Position numbers and translations under genes: made by a program. Under the pieces are notes generated by a model. It saw nothing but the letters and a program-made list of their open reading frames with translations, had not been told where the DNA came from and did no database searches. Below, one piece after another: positions 18,372 through 28,136 of a stretch of DNA of 64,000 bases (positions within the stretch are counted from its first letter, which is position 1; the number at the start of each line of letters is the position of its first letter). The DNA is taken from contig DATKYN010000062.1 in assembly GCA_035528435.1 (NCBI GenBank), forward strand, positions 22,396-86,395. The letters are read 5' to 3'. The stretch is from Burkholderiales bacterium (GTDB taxonomy: Bacteria > Pseudomonadota > Gammaproteobacteria > Burkholderiales > Eutrophovitaceae).

Positions 18372-19622
18372 TCAGGCCTTTGAAAGTTCCTGCAGCCGGG
18401 CGATGCGCACTGCTGCAGGAGGGTGTGAGTCATAGAAAGCCGAGTGCAGGGGGTCCGGTGTCAAGGTCGAGGCGTTGTCCTTGTAGAGTTTTACCAGTGC
18501 CCGCACGAGATCGTTGGCGGGTGCGTACTCAGCTGCGTACGCGTCCGCCTCGAATTCGTTCTTGCGCAGGTAGGCGGCGAGCAAAGGGCGCACGAAAAAC
18601 AGAAACGGCGGCAGGGCCAGGTAGAAGACCGTGAGGACCAGCGCATCAGATGCCGGATACGAGACATTCAGGCCAGTGAACAGCCATGGTGTATTTTGCG
18701 CCACGCCGAGCATCCAGAAGAATACGAACCCGAGAACCGCAAACATGGCAGTGAGTTTGAGCACATGATGTAACTTGAAATGACCAAGCTCGTGAGCCAG
18801 CACTGCTTCGACCTCCGGACCATCATGGCGCTCTACCAGCGTGTCAAAGAAAACGATGCGCTTTGACTTGCCGAATCCGGTGAAGTAAGCGTTGCCGTGA
18901 CTACTGCGTTTGCTGCCATCCATCACAAACAGCCCTTTGGACTGAAACCCGCAGCGCTTGAGCAAACCTTCGATTCGCTGCTTGAGTTCCTGATTCTCCA
19001 GAGGAGAGAATTTGTTGAACAGGGGGGCGATAACGGTTGGCGAGATAAATTGTACGAAAAGCCAGAAAGCGATGCCTGCAATCCAGGCATACAGCCACCA
19101 GCTTTCCCCGGCGGCACCCATCAGCCATAACAGGATGGCAAGGAATGGCAGGCCAAGCACTGCGGACACAACAAGACCGACGACGAGATCCTTGACGAAT
19201 AGACCCGGCGTTATCTTGTTGAAACCGAATTTGTCCTCTATTACGAAGGTACGGTAAAGATCGAACGGCACATCGAGCAACGACATCAGCAATGTGAGAA
19301 ACGCGAAGAAAAGCAGGCCGCGCCACAATTCACCGCTGACGAAATTGCCGGTTATGTCGTACAGTCCCTGCAAGACACCGCCGAACGTGAGGGCCAGCAA
19401 TACGACTGTGTTGAATATGATGCCCGCCATCGAAAATCGTGACTTGGCTACCGTATAGTCGGCGGCCTTCTGGTGTGCATCGAGCGCAATCTCTGCTGCG
19501 AAGGGCGCGGGCACGCTGGCACGGTGTGCACTGACGTAATTGACATGGCGCGATGCGAGCCATAGCCGGGTGAGTGCCGCCGATGCAACAGCGACCAGGA
19601 AAAAGATCGAGAAAGTATTCAT
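18372..19622 (-). CDS. M48 family metallopeptidase (Ste24-like)
   Basis: Multi-TM N-terminal half, HELGH zinc motif (VLAHELGHFKLHH) and a downstream E..AD motif. Start set at the ATG at 19622. Confidence 0.85.
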   Translation of the reverse strand: MNTFSIFFLVAVASAALTRLWLASRHVNYVSAHRASVPAPFAAEIALDAHQKAADYTVAKSRFSMAGIIFNTVVLLALTFGGVLQGLYDITGNFVSGELWRGLLFFAFLTLLMSLLDVPFDLYRTFVIEDKFGFNKITPGLFVKDLVVGLVVSAVLGLPFLAILLWLMGAAGESWWLYAWIAGIAFWLFVQFISPTVIAPLFNKFSPLENQELKQRIEGLLKRCGFQSKGLFVMDGSKRSSHGNAYFTGFGKSKRIVFFDTLVERHDGPEVEAVLAHELGHFKLHHVLKLTAMFAVLGFVFFWMLGVAQNTPWLFTGLNVSYPASDALVLTVFYLALPPFLFFVRPLLAAYLRKNEFEADAYAAEYAPANDLVRALVKLYKDNASTLTPDPLHSAFYDSHPPAAVRIARLQELSKA

Positions 19623-19714
19623 GGCTGTGTGTGAGATTGGGTACCGGTGCCGAATATGACACAATATCCCGATGAAAATTCAACGAAAAATGCTGCGGGT
19701 AATCTAAAAACATT

Positions 19715-20260
19715 ATGGCACAAGACGCAAATAACCTGATCTGGCTCGATATGGAAATGACGGGCCTCAGCCCGGACAGTGATCGCATCATTGAGGTTGC
19801 GATGGTAATTACCGACTCGCAGCTGGAAACGGTCGCGGAGTCGCCGGTCCTGGTGGTGCATCAGGAAACATCCATCCTTGATGCGATGGACCAGTGGAAT
19901 ACATCAACGCATGCGCGTAGCGGTCTGGTGGAAAAGGTCAAGGCCTCCATCCTGACTGAGGCACAGGTGGAGGAGCAGATGCTGGGGTTTCTGGAACAGC
20001 ACGTGCCGTCCAATGCCTCACCGATGTGCGGTAACTCGATTTGCCAGGACCGGCGTTTTCTTGCGCGCTGGATGCCTGCCCTCGAACGATATTTCCATTA
20101 TCGCAACCTGGACGTTTCGACGCTCAAGGAACTGGCCAAGCGCTGGAAACCTGAAATCCTCGCCGGCGTTGTCAAGCATGGCAAGCATCAAGCGCTCGCC
20201 GATATATACGAATCGATCGAGGAAATGAAGTATTACCGCGCCAACTTCATTCAGGTTTGA
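19715..20260 (+). CDS. orn: oligoribonuclease
   Basis: 181 aa. DEDDh exonuclease motifs ([11 protein letters not shown] ... [11 protein letters not shown] ... HQALADI). Confidence 0.9.
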   Translation: MAQDANNLIWLDMEMTGLSPDSDRIIEVAMVITDSQLETVAESPVLVVHQETSILDAMDQWNTSTHARSGLVEKVKASILTEAQVEEQMLGFLEQHVPSNASPMCGNSICQDRRFLARWMPALERYFHYRNLDVSTLKELAKRWKPEILAGVVKHGKHQALADIYESIEEMKYYRANFIQV

Positions 20261-20355
20261 GCCGAAAGTTGGTGGTGAAATGCCGGAAATCTGCTGAGTT
20301 TCAGGCGAAACACAGTGTCTTCGAGCAATTGCGACGAAGTTTGCGGCGTCGCTAC

Positions 20356-20562
20356 TTATTCCAGCGCGATGTCGCCATCAAAGTTCACGTCCAGGCCCAG
20401 AGAAGGGATGGTCAGCTTCATCGACACCGGTAGTTTTCCAGCGCCTTCTAGTTTGCCGCTGGCAAGCGCTTTTGCGACTGCCTGTTCGATTTCACGCTGC
20501 GAGCCGACGCCTGTCATTTTCAGAAATTTGCGAATGCTCATGTTGAAATTGTCTTCGTTCAT
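20356..20562 (-). CDS. DUF6494-like small protein
   Basis: 68 aa (MNEDNFNMSIRKFLKMTGVGSQREIEQAV...). The ATG overlaps the pgi stop (TAATG), and GGAG lies inside the pgi 3' end. Confidence 0.55.
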   Translation of the reverse strand: MNEDNFNMSIRKFLKMTGVGSQREIEQAVAKALASGKLEGAGKLPVSMKLTIPSLGLDVNFDGDIALE

Positions 20563-22220
20563 TATTTCTCCTTCGAAGTGCAGATTCGTTCAATGAGCGC
20601 GGCAGTCGATTGATCATGTCCGGGTGCGGCTTTGCCCGCCCTTAAGTCGTTCAATACCCCCTTGGCAAGGCCTTTGCCCAGCTCGACGCCCCATTGATCG
20701 AACGAGTTGATATTCCAGATTACACCTTGAACAAATACCTTGTGCTCGTAGAGCGCAATCAGCGCGCCCACGGCGCGTGCGTCGAGGTGGTCGACAACAA
20801 TCGTATTGCTCGGACGGTTTCCGGGGAAACTCCGGTGCGCCGCCAGTCGCCCGGCTTCTTTGCTGTCGATGCCTTGTTTGTCGAGCTCAGCGAGCACTTC
20901 CTCGGCGGTACGTCCGCGCAGCAGAGCCTCTGATTGGGCGATGCCGTTAGCCAGCAGAATTTCGTGATGTCCAGGCATGTCCCACTCGCTTTGTGCAGTG
21001 AGTATGAAATCGCAGGGCGTGATGCGGGTCCCCTGGTGTAGGTGCTGAAAGAACGCATGCTGGCCATTGGTCCCCGGTGCTCCCCAGATAATAGGCCCGG
21101 TGGCGTAGTCAACCGGGGTGCCGGCTCGATCAATGCGTTTGCCGTTACTTTCCATGTCGAGTTGCTGGAGGTGCATCGGTAACCAGGCCAGATCCTGGGC
21201 ATACGGCAATACGGCATGTGAGGGTGCGCCGAGAAAATTGGTGTGCCAGATCCCGATCAGTGCAAGCAGAATCGGCATGTTCCGATCCGGTTGCGCAGTG
21301 CGAAAATGTTCATCGATGGCGTGTGCGCCGGCGAGGAGTTGCTCGAAACGTTCGTATCCGACTGCCAGCGCAATCGGTAAGCCTATAGACGACCAGAGCG
21401 AATAGCGCCCGCCAACCCAGTCCCAGAACCCGAATACCTGCTCAGGCCGAATGCCAAATTTGCCGGTTTCCTCGAGGTTTGTGGACGCCGCGGCGAAATG
21501 CCGCTCAAGAACCTCGTCCTGGTTGTGCGACCCCGCCAGGTGAGTCAGTAGCCACTTACGCGCAGAATGCGCGTTGGTCATTGTTTCCTGTGTCGTAAAC
21601 GTCTTGGACGAGACGATAAACAGCGTTGTCTCCGCCCTCAGGTCAGCGATCGTGGCGGCCAGATGAGCGCCGTCGACATTTGAGACGAAGTGCGCACGCG
21701 GGCCATCTCCGGCGAAAGGCCGTAACGCTTCGCACACTGTCAGAGGCCCAAGATCGGAGCCACCGATGCCGATATTGACGACATCGGTAAACGGGTCGCC
21801 GCCAACGCCGCGTGCCGCACCACTTCGAATCGCATCTGAAAACGTGCGTATCCGATCCAGCACCGCCATGACATCGGGCATGACGTCGCGTCCATCGACC
21901 AGAACGGGACGCTGCGACCGGTTGCGAAGGGCCGTGTGCAATGCCGGCCGATTTTCCGTGATGTTGATCCGGCGTCCCTCGAACATCGCCTGAATCTGCT
22001 CGGTAACGCTTGCTTGTTCAGCCAACGATAGCAACAGCTTCATCGTCTCGGCAGACACAGGATTCTTTGAATAGTCGAGATACAGGCCTGCGGCCGTCAG
22101 ACTGAAATGCTCTGCGCGCTGCGGGTCTCGGTTGAACAGAGCACGAATGTCGGTTACCCCGGGTTGCGCGGCGTGTGATTCCAGAGCTTGCCAACTGGAG
22201 CGTTTAGTCAGGCGAGTCAT
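20562..22220 (-). CDS. pgi: glucose-6-phosphate isomerase
   Basis: 552 aa. PGI signatures GIGGSDLGP and DWVGGRYSLWSSIG. Full-length collinear architecture. Confidence 0.95.
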   Translation of the reverse strand: MTRLTKRSSWQALESHAAQPGVTDIRALFNRDPQRAEHFSLTAAGLYLDYSKNPVSAETMKLLLSLAEQASVTEQIQAMFEGRRINITENRPALHTALRNRSQRPVLVDGRDVMPDVMAVLDRIRTFSDAIRSGAARGVGGDPFTDVVNIGIGGSDLGPLTVCEALRPFAGDGPRAHFVSNVDGAHLAATIADLRAETTLFIVSSKTFTTQETMTNAHSARKWLLTHLAGSHNQDEVLERHFAAASTNLEETGKFGIRPEQVFGFWDWVGGRYSLWSSIGLPIALAVGYERFEQLLAGAHAIDEHFRTAQPDRNMPILLALIGIWHTNFLGAPSHAVLPYAQDLAWLPMHLQQLDMESNGKRIDRAGTPVDYATGPIIWGAPGTNGQHAFFQHLHQGTRITPCDFILTAQSEWDMPGHHEILLANGIAQSEALLRGRTAEEVLAELDKQGIDSKEAGRLAAHRSFPGNRPSNTIVVDHLDARAVGALIALYEHKVFVQGVIWNINSFDQWGVELGKGLAKGVLNDLRAGKAAPGHDQSTAALIERICTSKEK

Positions 22221-22390
22221 GAGCTGTAAAAGGCTTGATCAACAGGGAATGGGTTTGTGGACCAGCGGTGACCGTACTGCGTCCGCGGAAGCTTGATTTT
22301 AATCGCTCGCGGCGTGTTTGCGCGGACTGATGATGGAGCTGATCTGTGCCGTGAGCAACCCCGCGGGGGGCGTTGTGAATGTGATGGACG

Positions 22391-22425
22391 AAAAAAAGCC
22401 CCCGGTAAAATCCGGGGGCTTTTTC
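22391..22425 (-). terminator. rho-independent terminator downstream of the phasin gene (bidirectional geometry)
   Basis: GCCCCCGG (22398-22405), a 6-nt loop, then CCGGGGGC (22412-22419), flanked by an A7 run and a T5 run. It lies 23 nt past the phaP stop. Confidence 0.7.
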
Positions 22426-22447
22426 GGGGTGTTGCTTCGCAGTTCGA

Positions 22448-22981
22448 TCAGGCTGCGGCTTTTTTCTTGGCCGGAGTCTGACGAACCGTGTTCACGGTTG
22501 CTGTCGTCACTTCCTGCACCTGCTTGCCAGCCTTGGCAAACGCATCGTAGGTTTGATTGGCGGCGGCGATGGCTGATTTCATCGCGGCAACAGCCATGTC
22601 GGAACCAGCGGGTGCGTTCTTCTCGGCCTGGTCGAGCCCAGATACGATAACCTTGTTCACTTCGGTCATTTTCGCTTCCACCAACTTGCCCAGTTCATTT
22701 TGCGCTTCGGACATGATGTCGTAGCTGTCTTTGAGATAGGAGGCAAAGGCTTCGAAAGCAGGTTGGGCAAACTGGGACTGCATGGCCGTGACGCTTTGGA
22801 CGTCTTTGGCATCAGCTATGGTCTTGCCGTTCTCCGCTGCGGTCGCCATCGCGCTCTTTACGGCGGCAACGTTGAGGTCCATGGCTTTTTCGGCGGTCGA
22901 AGCGGCGATGCCTGCAAGGGCGACCGTTGTGGTGATATTTTCTTTCTGTGCTGCCGTCATTTGTTCAATAACTGTAGGCAT
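22448..22981 (-). CDS. phaP: phasin family protein (PHA granule-associated)
   Basis: 177 aa. Ala/Lys/Glu-rich helical protein with the typical phasin N-terminus (...EQMTAAQKENI...) and a K/A-rich tail. It is next to two thiolases. Confidence 0.8.
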   Translation of the reverse strand: MPTVIEQMTAAQKENITTTVALAGIAASTAEKAMDLNVAAVKSAMATAAENGKTIADAKDVQSVTAMQSQFAQPAFEAFASYLKDSYDIMSEAQNELGKLVEAKMTEVNKVIVSGLDQAEKNAPAGSDMAVAAMKSAIAAANQTYDAFAKAGKQVQEVTTATVNTVRQTPAKKKAAA

Positions 22982-23182
22982 AACAATCTCCTGAATAGAA
23001 TTAAATAAGAACTAACAGCAAAAATCTGAATTCGGTAAGTCGGTTGGGTTTTGTGCAGCGCACCAACAGGGTCGAAGTATACTGCCCCGCAGACTATTGT
23101 CAATAGCCAAGCTGAATTATTTCAACAGAGGCGTGAGTTATTATATGTTTGTTAACAATTGGTTAAAGAAATACCCGTTCAG

Positions 23183-23944
23183 GTGAGTGCCTACCATCAC
23201 GCCCTTCGGGCGCTTCGTGACGCGCTGCGCAACATGTTGCATCCAGCCATATTGGTGGTGATGTTGCTGCCCGCCTTTGCTGCACTGCTCTTGTGGGTCG
23301 GGGTGTCCTGGTGGTTCTGGGATAGTTGGACCAGCGGAATCGAATCGGTGCTCCTTAGCGTAACCAGCGAGGAGTGGATTGCTCGCCTGGACGGGTCCCG
23401 GTTCGCCGGCTTTGCTGCCGGACTTATTCTGTTGTTACTGATTGCGCCGGCGCTGATGGCGACAGCGATGCTGATTGCCGCCGTGTTTGCCATGCCAATG
23501 CTTGTTGCCCACGTGGCGCGGCGCGACTTCCCGGGGTTGAAGCGCAGAAACGGGGGCACATTTGTCGGTGGAATTGTCAATGCCGTCGTTGCAGTCGGCG
23601 CTTTCGCGCTGCTGTGGCTCGCGACCCTGCCCTTGTGGCTGTTTCTCGGACCGCTCGCTGTGGTCATTCCCTGGGCGCTATCGGCCTACCTGAACCAACG
23701 CCTGTTTCGTTACGATGCACTTGCAGAGCACGCCGATGCACAGGAAATGCAACGTGTATTTTCCGAGCGCTTTTCCGATTTATTCGTTCTGGGTCTGGCG
23801 ACCGGCCTGCTTTACTTCGTGCCTCTTGTTAACCTGATCGCGCCAGTGTTTTCAGCCCTTGCGTTTACTTGCCTGTGCCTGAATGAACTGGCCCGTATCC
23901 GGGAAGGCGAAGGTCATGGCGCAACCCTGAAGCGTGATGCCTGA
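23183..23944 (+). CDS. EI24/CysZ-like integral membrane protein
   Basis: Polytopic protein whose pattern (...PWALSAYLNQRLFRYDAL..., ...LYFVPLVNLIAPVFSALAF) resembles the EI24 domain. The start is either GTG at 23183 or TTG at 23159. Confidence 0.55.
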   Translation: MSAYHHALRALRDALRNMLHPAILVVMLLPAFAALLLWVGVSWWFWDSWTSGIESVLLSVTSEEWIARLDGSRFAGFAAGLILLLLIAPALMATAMLIAAVFAMPMLVAHVARRDFPGLKRRNGGTFVGGIVNAVVAVGAFALLWLATLPLWLFLGPLAVVIPWALSAYLNQRLFRYDALAEHADAQEMQRVFSERFSDLFVLGLATGLLYFVPLVNLIAPVFSALAFTCLCLNELARIREGEGHGATLKRDA

Positions 23945-24029
23945 GCCGGTGCTGCATGACGCCTTGCGCCTTACTTCTCGCCGGATCGACCAATGGCAAG
24001 CGTGCCCTGTCGCGCTCGCCATTGGCGCA

Positions 24030-25220
24030 TTACGCAAGACGTTCGTAAATCGCGGCGATCCCCTGGCCGCCACCAATACACATCGTGGCCAGGGCATACT
24101 TCCCGCCAATACGCTTTAGTTCATACAGTGCCTTGATGCTGATTATGCAGCCGGTGGCGCCGACCGGGTGACCGAGTGCAACCGCGCCACCGTTCGGGTT
24201 GGTTTTTTCAGGATCAAACCCCAGATCCTTCGCGACCGCACAGGCCTGTGCCGCGAAGGCCTCATTGGACTCGATCACATCCATATCGCCGACTTCCAGC
24301 CCGGCTTTGCGCATCGCCATCTTCACTGCCGGTATAGGGCCAAGTCCCATCAAGCCCGGTTCGACGCCGCCATGTCCGTAGGCAACCAGCCTGGCCAGCG
24401 GCTGAATCCCGCGTTTCTCGGCCACGCCACGCTCCATCAACACGACGGCAGCCGCGCCGTCGTTGATGCCCGAAGCATTGCCGGCGGTCACGGTGCCGTC
24501 TTTCTTGAACACCGTGCGCAGTTTGGCCAGGTTTTCCTCAGTGACATCATCGCGAACATGCTCATCGGCAGCGAAGACGCGCGTCGCCTTGCGTTCCCTG
24601 ATTTCGATAGGCAGGATCTGGTCGGTAAACCATCCATTTGCAATGGCATTGGCGGCGCGCCGGTGCGATTCGATCGCAAAGGCGTCTTGCTCGTCACGCG
24701 TGAGACCGTACTTTTCTGCCACGTTCTCGGCGGTCACGCCCATGTGCATGCCTTCGAACGGGTCCGACAAAGCGCCGAGCAAGACATCGACAAGCGCCTG
24801 ATCTCCCATTCTGGTTCCCCAGCGTGCGGTTGGCAGCCAATAGTTGGAGCGGCTCATGGATTCCGCACCGCCGGCAACCACGATATCCGCATCACCGAGG
24901 GCAACGATCTGCGCAGCACTCACAATAGCCTGTAATCCGCTGCCACAGAGCCGGTTCAGTGTCATGGCCGGCACTTCCTTCGGAATACCGCCATTCATTG
25001 CGGCAACGCGCGACAGGTACATGTCCTTCGATTCTGTATGGATCACGTTGCCGAAAACCACGTGACCGACTTCGTTCGCCTCGACATTGGCGCGCGTCAA
25101 CGCCTCCTTTATGCATCGCGCTGCAAGATCCGTTGGTGCGAAATCTTTCAGTGATCCTCCGTAATCTCCGATTGCGGTGCGCACGCCTGATGCCACCACG
25201 ACTTCACGTACATTGCTCAT
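24030..25220 (-). CDS. bktB: beta-ketothiolase (acetyl-CoA C-acyltransferase), BktB-like
   Basis: 396 aa. Thiolase active-site motifs NRLCGSGLQA, GHPVGATG and CIGGGQG. Collinear with my memory of Cupriavidus BktB over the whole length. Confidence 0.85.
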   Translation of the reverse strand: MSNVREVVVASGVRTAIGDYGGSLKDFAPTDLAARCIKEALTRANVEANEVGHVVFGNVIHTESKDMYLSRVAAMNGGIPKEVPAMTLNRLCGSGLQAIVSAAQIVALGDADIVVAGGAESMSRSNYWLPTARWGTRMGDQALVDVLLGALSDPFEGMHMGVTAENVAEKYGLTRDEQDAFAIESHRRAANAIANGWFTDQILPIEIRERKATRVFAADEHVRDDVTEENLAKLRTVFKKDGTVTAGNASGINDGAAAVVLMERGVAEKRGIQPLARLVAYGHGGVEPGLMGLGPIPAVKMAMRKAGLEVGDMDVIESNEAFAAQACAVAKDLGFDPEKTNPNGGAVALGHPVGATGCIISIKALYELKRIGGKYALATMCIGGGQGIAAIYERLA

Positions 25221-25320
25221 TTACCGACTCCTCCCGTTTTCTGGTCTTTGCCCGGTTCTGACGCGCATGGTCTGAATACCCGATTCAAGCCTGCGGTCGT
25301 ACCCGCGCTGGTCTGCTTGT

Positions 25321-26496
25321 TCAGCGCTCCACTGCCAGCGCCACACCCATGCCACCGCCGATGCACAACGATGCCAGGCCTTTCCTGGCGTCGCGCCTGG
25401 TCATCTCATGAAGCAGGGTCACCAGAACCCTGCAGCCGGAGGCGCCAATCGGGTGGCCGAGCGCGATCGCACCGCCGTTGACGTTCACTTTTGAAACATC
25501 CCAGCCCATGTCACGGTTGACCGCAATCGCCTGGGCTGCAAAAGCCTCGTTGATTTCCAGAAGGTCGAGGTCATCGACGGTCCAGCCTGCTTTCTTCAGA
25601 CACAGCTGGCTCGCCGGAATCGGCCCGGTGCCCATGATGCTGGGATCGACACCCGCTGATGCATAAGCCTTGATCCGAGCGATCGGTTCCAGGCCCAGTT
25701 CATCTGCCTTGCTTGCCGACATCATCATTACGGCAGCGGCACCATCGTTAATGCCGGACGCGTTCCCTGCGGTCACTGTGCCGTCTTTCTGGAAAGCCGG
25801 ACTCAGCGAGCCGAGCGATTCAGCCGTGGTGCCGTGGCGGGGAAATTCGTCGCTATCGAACACCACTTCGCCCTTGCGTGTGGAGATCGTGAATGGCGCA
25901 ATTTCATCCTTGAATCTGCCGGCTTTCTGTGCAGCTTCGGCTTTTTGCTGCGAGCCGGCAGCAAACGCGTCCTGCTCTTCTCGTGACACGCCCCATTTCC
26001 TGGCAACGTTTTCTGCGGTGACGCCCATGTGATACTGGTTGTAAACGTCCCACAAACCATCCACGATCATGGTGTCGATCAGCTTGCCGTCACCCATTCG
26101 AATACCGTCGCGGGCACCGAAAAGCGCGTGGGGCGAAGCGCTCATGTTTTCCTGCCCACCTGCGATTACGCAGTCAGCGTCCCCGGCCTTGATGGCCTGG
26201 GCGGCGAGATGCGTCGCCTTCAAACCCGAGCCGCATACCTTGTTGATGGTGATGGCCGGCGTCATGTGTGAAACACCGGCTTTGATTGCAGCCTGTCGCG
26301 CAGGGTTCTGGCCGGCCCCGGCGGCGAGAACCTGGCCCAGGATCACTTCAGAGATCTGGTCTCCCGGGACACCGGTGCGATTGAGTAATTCCCTGATAAT
26401 ATGTGCGCCCAGTTCAGGTGCGGGCGTCTTGGCGAGGGTGCCGCCGAATTTTCCGATTGCCGTGCGTAGCGCAGCAACGATGACTACGTCGTTCAT
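25321..26496 (-). CDS. phaA: acetyl-CoA acetyltransferase (PhaA-type beta-ketothiolase)
   Basis: 391 aa. [20 protein letters not shown] and [14 protein letters not shown]. Very close to remembered Cupriavidus PhaA along the full length. Confidence 0.9.
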   Translation of the reverse strand: MNDVVIVAALRTAIGKFGGTLAKTPAPELGAHIIRELLNRTGVPGDQISEVILGQVLAAGAGQNPARQAAIKAGVSHMTPAITINKVCGSGLKATHLAAQAIKAGDADCVIAGGQENMSASPHALFGARDGIRMGDGKLIDTMIVDGLWDVYNQYHMGVTAENVARKWGVSREEQDAFAAGSQQKAEAAQKAGRFKDEIAPFTISTRKGEVVFDSDEFPRHGTTAESLGSLSPAFQKDGTVTAGNASGINDGAAAVMMMSASKADELGLEPIARIKAYASAGVDPSIMGTGPIPASQLCLKKAGWTVDDLDLLEINEAFAAQAIAVNRDMGWDVSKVNVNGGAIALGHPIGASGCRVLVTLLHEMTRRDARKGLASLCIGGGMGVALAVER

Positions 26497-26703
26497 GGTT
26501 TGCTCTCCTGGCTGGTGCGTTAAGGCGTCAGGAACGCGGCCCGACCTGCAGGCGCGGAGCTATCGTGGCTGACGCACAAAAAAGCGCTGCTGAGTCTACG
26601 CCTGTCGTTGGAGCGTGTCGACTGCAATGACGCGCCGCGTGAATTATAAAGTCATATAAAACAGATATATATTGTCATTCTGCTGCAATTGCGCAAAGGG
26701 GTT

Positions 26704-27135
26704 CTAGCCCTTTTCCTCTGTGAATTTGATGATTTTGCGCCGGTCACGCTTGCTAGGTCGACCTTTTGCAAATGCCGGTGTCGCAAGACGTTCGGCCTTG
26801 CGCACAAGAGCCATTTCCTCGCGTGCCTGACGGCTTTGGTCGGTCTCGTCGTAGAGTTTCAGCGCTTCGCTGGCCGGACCGCGCCTTTCCGATAGTGCCG
26901 CAACGGTAACCACCCATTCATACGGGCCGGTGCGCACTGTCAGCCGGTCGCCAATTCTTACGGGCTTTGCCGGCTTGACCCGCCCGCCATCGAACTGGAC
27001 TTTTCCACCCGCCACCGCTACGGCAGCGACCGACCTGGTTTTATAGAAACGAGCGGCCCACAACCATTTGTCGAGGCGTACCGACTTAACTTCATCGCTC
27101 AAGACCGCGCCCTTCCGGTGTCGGAGCGGGTGCAC
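26704..27135 (-). CDS. hslR: heat shock protein 15 (S4-domain ribosome-associated RNA-binding protein)
   Basis: The S4 motif VRLDKWLWAARFYKTRS and a basic C-terminal tail. It lies immediately downstream of hslO. Confidence 0.8.
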   Translation of the reverse strand: MHPLRHRKGAVLSDEVKSVRLDKWLWAARFYKTRSVAAVAVAGGKVQFDGGRVKPAKPVRIGDRLTVRTGPYEWVVTVAALSERRGPASEALKLYDETDQSRQAREEMALVRKAERLATPAFAKGRPSKRDRRKIIKFTEEKG

Positions 27136-27210
27136 TCAATAATCCGTGCTTGCTCTGGAAGCCGCATCCAGCGCAGCGATATTGCGGATTGCATTTGCGC
27201 CGTGCTCATT

Positions 27211-28080
27211 TCAGTGCCTCGTCTTCCCGACAGACGACTGGATGTCGGTGGCAAACACCTGCTCTGCATCTACGGCATCGAAGATGTACTGGCGACCGCA
27301 AAATTCACATGCCACTTCGACCTGGCCTTGCTCTTCCAGTATTGAACGCACTTCCGCATTACCAAGTAGACGAAGCATTGAGGTCACGCGCTCGCGCGTG
27401 CAAGAGCAACGAAATGCAGTGGGCCGATCCTCGAATAGCCTGATGTCTTCCTGATGATATAGCCGGTGAATGATGTCGCGGGCGGGCAGGTCCAGCAACT
27501 CGCGTTGGGTGATGGTTTCACCGATCTTCGTTGCGCGGTTCCATGCGTCGGGATCCTGGCCCGGTTGGCCCGGCAACCGTTGCAGTAGCAAACCACCTGC
27601 TTTGGTCGCGTCGCACGCCAGCCACAGCCGGGTTTCGAGCTGCTCGGATTTGGCCATGTAGTGTTCGAGCACTTCCGCGACTGTTTCTCCTTCCAGTTCA
27701 ACCACCCCCTGATAAGCTTGCTTACCGGACTCCGGCGCAATGGTTATGACGAACTTTCCGTTGCCGAGTAATGACCGGATACCTCCCGGTGGGATTTCAC
27801 CTTCCCACTTGGCGGTTGCGCGCAGCGTATGCTCGCTGGTTGCTTCCACCACCAGTAGCTTGACTGGCCCTTCGCCCTGCATCTGCATGATGAGCGCACC
27901 TTCAAATTTCAGTGTCGCCGAGAGCAGCGCGCCGGCTGCCATCATTTCACCAAGCAGGGCTGCCAGGGGTTGTGGATAGTCGCGCCGCTCGAGCACGGCG
28001 CGCCAGGTCGCTTTGAGTTGTACGATCTCGCCGCGCACCGGTGTGCCTTCGAGAAGAAAGCGTTGAAGCGAATCACTCAT
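27211..28080 (-). CDS. hslO: Hsp33 family redox-regulated chaperone
   Basis: 289 aa. C-terminal zinc/redox switch CSCTRE ... CEFCGRQY. Confidence 0.9.
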   Translation of the reverse strand: MSDSLQRFLLEGTPVRGEIVQLKATWRAVLERRDYPQPLAALLGEMMAAGALLSATLKFEGALIMQMQGEGPVKLLVVEATSEHTLRATAKWEGEIPPGGIRSLLGNGKFVITIAPESGKQAYQGVVELEGETVAEVLEHYMAKSEQLETRLWLACDATKAGGLLLQRLPGQPGQDPDAWNRATKIGETITQRELLDLPARDIIHRLYHQEDIRLFEDRPTAFRCSCTRERVTSMLRLLGNAEVRSILEEQGQVEVACEFCGRQYIFDAVDAEQVFATDIQSSVGKTRH

Positions 28081-28136
28081 GGTTTACGTTGCCTTGCCAA
28101 TGCGGTTTCGAAAACAATGGCAAGCCCCATACGGTA

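Noticed and set aside
24168-26572. Plus-strand ORFs of 100-255 codons across both thiolase genes
   Set aside because: They are antisense to genes with unmistakable thiolase active-site motifs, and their composition is typical of GC-rich shadow ORFs.
26704-28080. hslO upstream of hslR (reverse of the E. coli hslR-hslO order as I remember it), as a possible rearrangement signal
   Set aside because: Both genes are intact and adjacent on the same strand. Gene order within this pair varies among bacteria, so this is not informative by itself.
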